DNA of 64,000 nucleotides, taken from positions 21,676-85,675 of the forward strand of contig LBYH01000001.1 in NCBI GenBank assembly GCA_000996035.1, in the 5' to 3' direction. The notes under the pieces are model-generated. The model made no database searches, was not told where the DNA came from, and saw nothing but the letters and a program-made list of their open reading frames with translations. Made by a program: the position numbers and the translations under genes. This DNA comes from Parcubacteria group bacterium GW2011_GWA2_40_143. GTDB taxonomy: Bacteria > Patescibacteriota > Minisyncoccia > UBA9983. This document shows positions 57,301-64,000 of this stretch, in pieces. Within the stretch, counting starts at the first letter, position 1. Each line of letters opens with the position of its first letter.

Positions 57301-57956
57301 GTGCCTGTCGGAACGGTTGTGATGACACTTGAGCAAGACTGGCCCGTCGTCGAGCTGAATCCTGTCGCTGAAGTACAACCTTCAGGGTATGTCGTTGTGG
57401 TTGTGGCGCAAGACTGACCCGTTGTCGGGCTGAATCCTGTCGCTGAAGTACAACCTTCAGGGTATGTCGTGGTCGTCGTGGTCGTCGTGGTCGTGGTCGT
57501 GGTTACTGAAGCCGCCAACGAATTGTACTTGGCTTGCGAAACCGAGCCAAAGTATCCTACCGCCGGTGATACGCCGTTGGCTGATTGCCACGCGGCCACC
57601 GCTGTTCTCGTTACCGGTCCGAAGTATCCGGTTGATCCTCCCGAGAATGTATAGTGCCCCGTGCTTTTCAAATAATCCTGCAAGCATGTTACGTCACTTC
57701 CTTGTGAACCTATTGTAAGGCTCTTCGTGAAGGCGCATTCTGCAGTTGCAGTGCCGCCAGTCGCTGTGCCAAGAGCGGCAATCTCAGCTTGGAGCTGCGT
57801 TATCTGCGCAAGCAACTGAGCTATTGTCTCTTCCGTAGTAAGAGCTGACGCCGTTTGAGGCGCGGCCATTACTCCAACGGAAAGGGTCAAAGCGGTTGCG
57901 AATCCAAGAACTACAGAAACAACTTTTCCTAATCTGGTATTTCTAATGTTACTCAT
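54312..57956 (-). CDS. Large (1214 aa) cell-surface protein with an N-terminal peptidoglycan-binding-like domain (PG_binding_1), poly-Thr linker and beta-rich repeats
   Basis: Signal/anchor. …GSQGSDVTCLQDYLKSTGHYTFSGGSTGYFGPVTRTAVAAWQSANGV… is a PG_binding_1-like block. Then TTTTTTTTTTTTT and two YPEGCTSATGFSxTTGQSC repeats. The remainder is Thr/Ser/Gly/Ala-rich. Confidence 0.75.
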   Translation of the reverse strand: MSNIRNTRLGKVVSVVLGFATALTLSVGVMAAPQTASALTTEETIAQLLAQITQLQAEIAALGTATGGTATAECAFTKSLTIGSQGSDVTCLQDYLKSTGHYTFSGGSTGYFGPVTRTAVAAWQSANGVSPAVGYFGSVSQAKYNSLAASVTTTTTTTTTTTTTYPEGCTSATGFSPTTGQSCATTTTTYPEGCTSATGFSSTTGQSCSSVITTVPTGTGLAVASPTQPVATLAPESAARVPFTKVTLTAGADDVTVTGINIERTNLGSDSNFSGIVLLDENDTQLGLEKTLNSNHQATVGDTFTVKAGTSKTMTIAGNMAADNSTRAGQIVALTINGINTSATVSGILPITGAVHTINATLSIGSVPTLAVGSIDPGSGQNKEVGTTGYTFSSVKFTTGSAEKVRFNSIRWNQSGSAATSDIENVKTYIDGVAYDTTVSSDGKYYTSTFGSGIVVDKGGSIEMSIKGDIVSGSGRTIDFDIYKRTDVNVVGETYGYGITPANGATDPTDDTGAFSSANPWFDAYQATVSTGSLTITKATSVSAQNIAENVSDVTLGGFEIEAKGEAISVAQQVYHFQITSTAGQVEDITNIALFDSNGNIVAGPADGSGAAVYGTVTFTDTVTFPIGKGTYTLKGKLGTDFANNQTVVASTTPSSDFTSITGQTTGNSITPSSAVVTGNTMTVKAAALAISVSTNPAAQTVVAGAQEFTFANYIFDATASGEDVKINSFPFAYEKFGNTATNLNNCVLYDGSTALNTGSNVLSPTSSSASSTTFTLDNPLTISKGTAKTISLKCNIVAGATGTYAWGYDSEALPTVTGVTSGQSAALTENDSTGQAMALTANGTLTVTENTSQSPAANAVAASGSTVTLGVIDFTSANEAIELTYLGLTLTNTASSSVSDLSQVTLWDGSTQVGTLILTGSTGTSTILTNTDGTSKFIIGKDETKSMTVKADLAAIGTSQVGTQGALIAVDYIGAGNAQGRGSSSGTTITSTSGATSFSGVRMFKTFPTVVRLSGIESSLSGTTDETIMGFSITADSAGKMSLYKLSFNIATTGVTADSLNVYAYDSYSNGSFTGPISGINSGGKLMNTDVDLEANWASASTDLEIYPQISTASTTIEIPAGATRYFKVVATITGVSSGDSLTVTLKGDNAYPSLAGLVDNYVNIEAAATAANNFIWSPRATTTTNSINDYDWINGYNVTSLPSGGISYTKSK
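57353..57505. repeat. Tandem duplication (two copies of about 80 nt) followed by a (GTCGTG/GTCGTC)n microsatellite encoding the poly-Thr tract
   Basis: CTGAATCCTGTCGCTGAAGTACAACCTTCAGGGTATGTCGT occurs at 57353 and 57433. GTCGTCGTGGTCGTCGTGGTCGTGGTCGTGGTT follows. Confidence 0.7.
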
Positions 57957-58523
57957 AATTTATTTATATCTTTATAATAACGATTCCACGATTCTCACTT
58001 GCTTCGTTTTTAAACAAAGCTTGCGTCAAACCGCAAAACCATTTTTGCGCGGACTTAATTTGGTTTCGACTTCCGCCAAATGCCCGACGCATTAACTAAC
58101 CAATAATTTCAAAGCCAGCCTCTTTTAAAATTTTTAATTTTAGGCTGGCTCGTTCCGCTAAAAACGGAACGGCGAAAATTTAACTGATTAACATTTTGTC
58201 TCTCGCGAATCTTTCTATCATATAGTGAGGTGTCAGTGTTTCGGAAAATTTTTTCCATCTTGTTTCTTTATTCTTTTTTCAACGTTCTGGCAATAAATCT
58301 AAAACAAGCAAGTTACAAAAATCATACATTCGTTCCGCCTTTCTGTAATTATAATACACTAAGGTCATTACTGACAAATACACATGTGGATAACTTTAGG
58401 CGCTTGTATGCGAATAAAGACTTGCTTAGCCCAAAACACCTTATTTTTAAACATTAAAAAACTGGTGCAAAGGACTATTAAATATTACACTAGGATATAT
58501 TTAATGTCAATTAAACCTTGATT

Positions 58524-59249
58524 TTAGACAGACTCGTAAGTTCGCCATCTTTTATCTCCTTTCGCCAGTACCCTTCCCATGCGCGCCAGATCAAGCAAAT
58601 CTCTCTGGGTGGCCTTGGTACTCACGGAGCCTTCAAAAATAGCCGATATTTCGCCCACGGTTTTTGGACCGCCGGCCTTCAAAAACACCGTTATCTTATC
58701 TTTGCGATTTTCCGGATCAAGCGATTTTCCGGCTGTATTGCCCCCACTTTCTTCTCCTAAAATTAACGTTTTTTCCGACACTCTGCCCGCCCCGCTACTT
58801 GTCCCGCGATAAGTGGGAACAGCGGCGGTTTTGCTTGGCGCGGGCAATCTAATCTCTCCTATCGGGGCGATAATGTCACCGGTGGTAATCTTTTTATTTT
58901 TCCCTTCTATAAAATTTTTGAGATTAAGATATTCCCTTTTGAGAATATCAAAATTTAAATTGGACACATACACGCCAATGGAGACCAGCTCAAGAGTCTT
59001 AATAATACGAAAGAAGTTCCCCATTGTTTCTTCAATCAATCGCCCTTTGTCTTTTATAAATCTAATGGACATAACATTCTCATGCAGGTGCATGGCAGTG
59101 TCTCTTAGTGTCCATTTGATTGGTTCCTTATCGGACATCAAGTCTGTAACCCTATATAAAGCAGCGGTTATTCTTTGTATTCCGTCCGTTATTTGTCCAT
59201 AAATGTCCTTTAGCTCTTTATCTTGATTGTTTTGTGTTTTGCCGTTCAT
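58524..59249 (-). CDS. Hypothetical protein with a C-terminal winged-helix-like segment
   Basis: 241 aa. …KTVGEISAIFEGSVSTKATQRDLLDLARMGRVLAKGDKRWRTYE. No family assigned. Confidence 0.45.
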   Translation of the reverse strand: MNGKTQNNQDKELKDIYGQITDGIQRITAALYRVTDLMSDKEPIKWTLRDTAMHLHENVMSIRFIKDKGRLIEETMGNFFRIIKTLELVSIGVYVSNLNFDILKREYLNLKNFIEGKNKKITTGDIIAPIGEIRLPAPSKTAAVPTYRGTSSGAGRVSEKTLILGEESGGNTAGKSLDPENRKDKITVFLKAGGPKTVGEISAIFEGSVSTKATQRDLLDLARMGRVLAKGDKRWRTYESV

Positions 59250-59407
59250 TTTTTATTGCTTAAATATGTCCTTTAAACATATCTTAATGGACAAACCGGT
59301 TCTGTAAAGAAAAAACCAATCCACATCATAGTAGTCAAACTTTCGCAAACAATACTATTTCATAATTCAAAGTAAAAGTTGTATAATAAATAAGTAAATT
59401 AGCAGAA

Positions 59408-61792
59408 TTGAACAACAACTCAATGTCATCAAAATCAAAAGCAAAAAAGCAAAAAATTAAACACAAAAAAGAGGAGGAAAAAGAAGAAGACGAACCAAAA
59501 GAAAGCTTTCTAAATGCCTTGGAAGATAGAACAAAAAATTTCATCATATCCATCGTCCTTTTTTCCTTTGGCACGGTTTTTACTCTTTCGTATTTCAATA
59601 AAGCCGGACCGGCCGGAAAATACATAAATAATATATTTGATTCACTTTTCGGTAATGGCTCAATCTTGCTGCCGCTCGCGCTTTTCGCTTCGGCTGGCAT
59701 ATTAGCTCTCTCAATCAAGCCGTCTTTCCTTAAAAGAACGCTCATCGGTATTGCCGTTTTTCTAATCGGCAATCTGGGGATCATGGCAACCATCTGGGGT
59801 AAAGACGCGGGAGGATACATTGGCTATCTGACCTCCCTGCCACTTATGAAGCTTTTTGATTTTTGGGCGTCAATCATCATCCTCTCCGCCATTCTCGTGG
59901 TGTCCGCGACCCTGATAATCAATAAGCCGATTTTCGCTTTTATTCCTTTCAAATTAAAACGCAGAGAAGCTGATGACGATATCATCCAAGCCAATCATTT
60001 TAACGAAAACGGCGGGGCGGTGGAAGAAAAAGAAAATGCCAAAGAGTCCGCGCATGTCCCAGCTGAAAGCGGAGCGGGAAAAGCGATGGAAATCAAAAAA
60101 GACAAAAAACGAAAAGAAGGAACAGGTAAAGACAAGGAAGAAGAGTACGAAGAAGGCTCAATTTCCTATCCAAAGCAAAACAAGGTGGCATTCATACCGC
60201 CACCACTTGAACTCCTTGAGGGCGACAGGGGCAAGCCGTCCAGCGGCGATATAAAGGCAAACGCCAATATCATAAAAAGAACTCTCCAAAACTTCGGCAT
60301 AGACGTGGAGATGGGAGAAATCAACATCGGCCCATCGGTAACTCAATACACTCTCAAGCCGGCTGAAGGCGTGAAGCTGGCCAGGATAGTGGCCTTGCAA
60401 AATGATCTGGCTCTTTCTCTGGCCGCCCATCCCATTAGAATAGAAGCTCCTATCCCCAGCCGATCTCTTGTAGGCATAGAAATCCCAAACAGCACAAAAA
60501 CCATCATCGGTTTAGCCACCTTGTTTAAAGAAAGCGACTATCAAAATGGGACTCATCCCCTGCTTGTAACTTTTGGCCGCAGCGTGGGCGGTCAAGCGGC
60601 CTTCTACAATCTGGCCAAGATGCCGCATCTCTTGGTGGCCGGAGCGACGGGCAGCGGGAAATCAATTTACATTCATTCTCTCATTATGAGCTTGCTCTAC
60701 CGCAACTCGCCTGAAGATTTGCGTTTTATCATGATAGACCCTAAGCGCGTGGAACTTACCGTATATAACAAGATCCCGCATATGCTTACTCCAGTTATCA
60801 CAGAAACCAAAAAGGCTATTCTCATTTTAAAGTGGCTTACAAAAGAAATGGAAAGAAGATATGACACGCTACTCTCCGCCGGCGTAAGAAACATAGAATC
60901 TTATCGCAAAGAAGAAGCCTCTGACAAAAAACCCATGCCCTATCTCGTAGTAGTGATAGACGAACTCGCCGACTTAATGAGCACCTATCCGAGAGAGATG
61001 GAAGCTTCCATCGTGCGCTTGGCGCAAATGTCGCGCGCCGTGGGCATACACTTAGTGCTCTCTACTCAAAGACCATCGGTAGAAGTTATCACCGGTCTCA
61101 TAAAAGCCAACGTTCCGAGCCGTGTGGCCTTGCAAGTGGCCTCTCAGATAGACTCCAGAACAATACTGGATATGTCTGGCGCCGAGAAACTCCTTGGTAA
61201 TGGAGACATGCTCTATTTAGTGGGAGATTCGGCCAAGCCGAGACGCGTGCAAGGACCTTATGTAACAGACAAAGAAATTAAAAATGTGGTGGATTTCTTG
61301 GCCGACACTTATAAAGATTTTGATTTGGAAGACATAGACACATCCGCGGAAAACGGCGGCTCGCCATCCAAGGCGCGCGGCGCCATCAGTATAGACTTAG
61401 ACCAAGTCGGCATGGACGAAGACGCCGACGACGAAATGTACGAAGAAGCAAGAGCCACGGTAATAGAATTTGGCAAAGCATCCACCTCATTTCTCCAGAG
61501 GAAACTGAAGGTCGGTTACGCCAGAGCCGCCAGACTTATGGATATGCTTGAAGAGAGAGGAATTATAAGTCAAGGAGACGGCGCCAAACCAAGACAAGTT
61601 TTAGTGGAAAGCAGGGACGCTTTCGCCGACGCTGTTGATGATTACAAAGATGAAAACGGAAGTAAGACCGATGGTAGCGAACAAATAAATCAACAAGAAA
61701 GCGTTTCTACTTTTCCGACCTCGCCAAGCGAAGCGGGGTTGGCCGATAAAGACGCCGATCAAAACATAGAAAAAAATGGGAACCAAAACTAA
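59408..61792 (+). CDS. ftsK: DNA translocase FtsK/SpoIIIE
   Basis: 794 aa. 4 N-terminal transmembrane helices, Walker A LLVAGATGSGKS, motor domain blocks, C-terminal gamma (winged-helix) domain …FLQRKLKVGYARAARLMDMLEERGII. Confidence 0.9.
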   Translation: MNNNSMSSKSKAKKQKIKHKKEEEKEEDEPKESFLNALEDRTKNFIISIVLFSFGTVFTLSYFNKAGPAGKYINNIFDSLFGNGSILLPLALFASAGILALSIKPSFLKRTLIGIAVFLIGNLGIMATIWGKDAGGYIGYLTSLPLMKLFDFWASIIILSAILVVSATLIINKPIFAFIPFKLKRREADDDIIQANHFNENGGAVEEKENAKESAHVPAESGAGKAMEIKKDKKRKEGTGKDKEEEYEEGSISYPKQNKVAFIPPPLELLEGDRGKPSSGDIKANANIIKRTLQNFGIDVEMGEINIGPSVTQYTLKPAEGVKLARIVALQNDLALSLAAHPIRIEAPIPSRSLVGIEIPNSTKTIIGLATLFKESDYQNGTHPLLVTFGRSVGGQAAFYNLAKMPHLLVAGATGSGKSIYIHSLIMSLLYRNSPEDLRFIMIDPKRVELTVYNKIPHMLTPVITETKKAILILKWLTKEMERRYDTLLSAGVRNIESYRKEEASDKKPMPYLVVVIDELADLMSTYPREMEASIVRLAQMSRAVGIHLVLSTQRPSVEVITGLIKANVPSRVALQVASQIDSRTILDMSGAEKLLGNGDMLYLVGDSAKPRRVQGPYVTDKEIKNVVDFLADTYKDFDLEDIDTSAENGGSPSKARGAISIDLDQVGMDEDADDEMYEEARATVIEFGKASTSFLQRKLKVGYARAARLMDMLEERGIISQGDGAKPRQVLVESRDAFADAVDDYKDENGSKTDGSEQINQQESVSTFPTSPSEAGLADKDADQNIEKNGNQN

Positions 61793-62126
61793 AACCATCA
61801 CCAGCATAAGCCTTGTTGCCACTCTACTCTTCTTTTTTGGCATATATGGCGCGTACAAAGCCAGAGATTTCTTGGCCGGACCCGGTATTGCCTTCAGCTC
61901 CGTCAGCAATGGTCAAACGGTGGATCGTTCCGACATTAAAATAATCGGCAAGGTTTCAAACATGGCCAATTTATTTATAAATGGCCGGAAGATTCTCCCC
62001 GACAGAGACGGCAACTTTGAAACGGAGATGCTTTTGGCGGCGGGTTATAATATAATAGAAGCCCGAGGAGAAGATAAATTCGGGCGAGAAACAAAAAAAT
62101 TATTGGAAATAATCTATAAACAATAG
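61776..62126 (+). CDS. Hypothetical membrane-anchored protein
   Basis: 116 aa. N-terminal transmembrane helix. Overlaps the ftsK stop by 17 nt. Confidence 0.45.
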   Translation: MGTKTKTITSISLVATLLFFFGIYGAYKARDFLAGPGIAFSSVSNGQTVDRSDIKIIGKVSNMANLFINGRKILPDRDGNFETEMLLAAGYNIIEARGEDKFGRETKKLLEIIYKQ

Positions 62127-62141
62127 AAAATACTAAATTAT

Positions 62142-63152
62142 ATGGCATTCACGAAAAAAAGCGCCAAGGCGCCAAAAGAAACAAACATCGGCGTGGAAAA
62201 CGCCTTAAAAGACATTAAAGCCAAATACGGCGAAGGATCAATCATGAAGCTTGGTGAAACACCTAAGGTAAATATTGGCGCCATATCCACCGGCTCCTTG
62301 AGTCTGGATATCGCCCTTGGCGTAGGTGGCATGCCAAGAGGCAGAGTGATAGAAGTTTACGGTCCGGAAAGCTCCGGCAAAACCACGCTCGCCCTAAACG
62401 TAATAGCCCAAGCCCAAAAGAAAGGCGGGGTTTGCGCCTTCGTGGATGCCGAACACGCTCTTGATCCGGAATATGCCAAAAAACTCGGCGTTAAAATAGA
62501 CGACTTGTTGGTGTCGCAACCGGATAATGGAGAACAAGCTCTTGAGATTACGGAAAGTCTGGTAAGAAGCGGTGGCATAGATGTAGTAGTGATAGACTCC
62601 GTGGCCGCTCTTACTCCAAGAGCTGAGATTGAGGGAGAAATGGGCGCTTCTCACGTAGGCTTGCAAGCCAGACTTATGTCGCAAGCGCTAAGAAAGCTTA
62701 CAGCCATTACCGCCAGGTCTCATACTATCGTTATTTTTATAAACCAAGTTAGAATGCAAATAGGCATAATGTTTGGCAATCCGGAAACTACCCCGGGCGG
62801 CAAGGCCCTTAAATTCTACTCTTCCGTGCGCGTGGAAGTAAGAAGAGCGGCGCAGATCAAAAAAGGTGAAGAGGTGGTGGGCAACAGAGTAAAATGCAAA
62901 GTGGTGAAAAATAAAGTGGCGGCGCCGTTTAAAATAGCCGAATTTGATATTGTATTTAATGAGGGTATATCCTACGAGGGCGATATACTAAATCTTGGGG
63001 AGAAATACGAAATTATAAAAAAATCCGGCGCTTCCTATTCCTACGGCGCCACTTCTCTTGGACGCGGCTACGATAAAGCTAAAGAATTCTTGAAAGAAAA
63101 CCCAAAAATAACTCAAGAGCTGGAGAAAAAAATAAAAGAAGCGGCGGCATAA
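62142..63152 (+). CDS. recA: Recombinase RecA
   Basis: …[51 protein letters not shown]…, RecA loop L1/L2 regions present. Confidence 0.95.
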   Translation: MAFTKKSAKAPKETNIGVENALKDIKAKYGEGSIMKLGETPKVNIGAISTGSLSLDIALGVGGMPRGRVIEVYGPESSGKTTLALNVIAQAQKKGGVCAFVDAEHALDPEYAKKLGVKIDDLLVSQPDNGEQALEITESLVRSGGIDVVVIDSVAALTPRAEIEGEMGASHVGLQARLMSQALRKLTAITARSHTIVIFINQVRMQIGIMFGNPETTPGGKALKFYSSVRVEVRRAAQIKKGEEVVGNRVKCKVVKNKVAAPFKIAEFDIVFNEGISYEGDILNLGEKYEIIKKSGASYSYGATSLGRGYDKAKEFLKENPKITQELEKKIKEAAA

Positions 63153-63195
63153 AAAAAGTCCGCAAGATTAACCATTAATATCTTGACAAAAAAAT

Positions 63196-63534
63196 ATGAC
63201 TACTCACACAATGAAATTATCCGGACTACCCTTTGAAAAAATAACGAATGGCAAGAAAATTATTGAATCAAGGTTATACGATGAAAAACGCCAACAAATT
63301 AATATTGGTGACCAAATAGAGTTTTCTTGCAATGATGAACCGAAAAAAAAGGTTACTACAAAAGTAAAAGCGCTTTACAGATATGAATCGTTTAAAGATT
63401 TATTTTCTGATTTTCCTCCCGAATATTTCGGTAGCAATTCAAAAGATGAATTAATTAAAGAAATTGAAACCTTTTACTCAAAAGAAGAACAAAAAAAATA
63501 TGGTGTTATTGGGATAAAAATAGAACTGATTTAA
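63196..63534 (+). CDS. ASCH-domain protein
   Basis: 112 aa. MKLSGLPFEKITNGKKIIESRLYDEKRQQINIGDQIEF matches the ASCH N-terminal beta-barrel signature (GxKxxExR…GD). Confidence 0.65.
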   Translation: MTTHTMKLSGLPFEKITNGKKIIESRLYDEKRQQINIGDQIEFSCNDEPKKKVTTKVKALYRYESFKDLFSDFPPEYFGSNSKDELIKEIETFYSKEEQKKYGVIGIKIELI

Positions 63535-63566
63535 CTCTATCTCCGCGGTAAACATACGCTGTTCAA

Positions 63567-63625
63567 AATAAAAGAAGCGGCGGCATAAAAAAAGTCCGCC
63601 TTGAAAAACAGCGGACTCTAAGATA
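63567..63625 (+). terminator. Second copy of the recA 3'-end 35-mer followed by a hairpin (AGTCCGC-N11-GCGGACT). Probable original recA terminator, now displaced downstream of the ASCH gene.
   Basis: AAAATAAAAGAAGCGGCGGCATAAAAAAAGTCCGC is present at 63128-63163 and again at 63567-63600. Only the second copy is followed by the stem. Confidence 0.5.
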
Positions 63626-63922
63626 TTTTAAAAATAGAATTTAACTTAAAATAAACGATTTTTAAGGTCTTTTTCAACGACCTTGTTGTCAACATTTCCC
63701 CAAGATAATGCTCTGATTAACCATGAGCAAGATTTTAAGGTTATACAAAATAAAGAAAAAAAGACGTTTAAAACTCTCATACTAACACTGATTTTGGGCG
63801 GTTTGGGCGCCCAAGTCCATCCATTACTGTTTTTCATCTTTCCTCTCCTTTATATAATAAGGAAAAAAATAAAGTACGATTTTATCTGATTCAATAGTAA
63901 ACCAAATTATTTAAATAAGCAA

Positions 63923-63992
63923 GAAATAAAGTGGCGTAAATTAAAATTTTGAGACGCGTCTCAAAATTTTAATTTACGCCACTTTATTTCTT
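63923..63992. repeat. 70-bp perfect palindrome (AGAAATAAAGTGGCGTAAATTAAAATTTTGAGACGC|GCGTCTCAAAATTTTAATTTACGCCACTTTATTTCT)
   Basis: Read directly. 35-bp arms with no loop, centred on GACGCGTC. Confidence 0.8.
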
Positions 63993-64000
63993 AGATTTAT

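Noticed and set aside
59335-59820. 161-aa minus-strand ORF upstream of and overlapping ftsK
   Set aside because: It is antisense to the well-supported ftsK N-terminal transmembrane region and its translation is low-complexity. Almost certainly spurious.
63646-63889. Overlapping 63-aa (minus) and 68-aa (plus) ORFs next to the 70-bp palindrome
   Set aside because: Mutually exclusive, AT-rich and low-complexity. No basis to choose either.

Overview
The window reads as a compact, gene-dense bacterial chromosome segment with the hallmarks of a Candidate Phyla Radiation (Patescibacteria-like) genome. Most genes are on the minus strand. There is a 23S-5S rRNA operon with no adjacent 16S gene, and its 23S gene is interrupted by a group I intron carrying a LAGLIDADG homing endonuclease. 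Large Thr/Ser/Gly-rich surface proteins (2245 aa, 1214 aa and 1134 aa) are present, and strong Shine-Dalgarno sites are mostly absent. Housekeeping genes include rplJ-rplL, recA, ftsK, ftsE-ftsX-prfB, folD, rlmN, rodA/ftsW, htpX-lemA, a dacA-like carboxypeptidase, a MacAB-like efflux set, two P-type ATPases and two tRNAs (Gln-CTG and Ser-GGA). Four accessory regions stand out. (1) A family of about 21-bp palindromic REP-like repeats (CATCAAGGGGAGTCCTTGATG and its reverse complement) occurs at 8 or more sites. It is clustered at 51.4-54.2 kb around an IS200/IS605-type Y1 (HUH) transposase gene, a REP-associated tyrosine transposase (RAYT)-like arrangement, and it also sits in-frame inside rlmN and inside the transposase gene itself. 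(2) An AT-rich island lies against the 3' end of tRNA-Gln. It carries a large serine recombinase remnant, a DpnI-family m6A-dependent restriction endonuclease wedged between a C-terminally truncated Dam-family methyltransferase and an N4/N6 methyltransferase with atypical motif order, a 370-aa unknown protein and a ParA-like ATPase. (3) A copper/metal homeostasis cluster encodes a CsoR-type repressor, a rhodanese-DUF1573 fusion, a DUF1573 protein, a DsbA-like protein and a CPH-motif P1B ATPase. (4) A MazF/PemK-like toxin with no visible antitoxin lies next to a class A beta-lactamase-like serine hydrolase. Other notable points are a short RF2 with no frameshift site, an ASCH gene inserted after recA and flanked by 35-bp direct repeats, a 70-bp perfect palindrome at the window end, and a poly-Thr microsatellite in a surface-protein gene.
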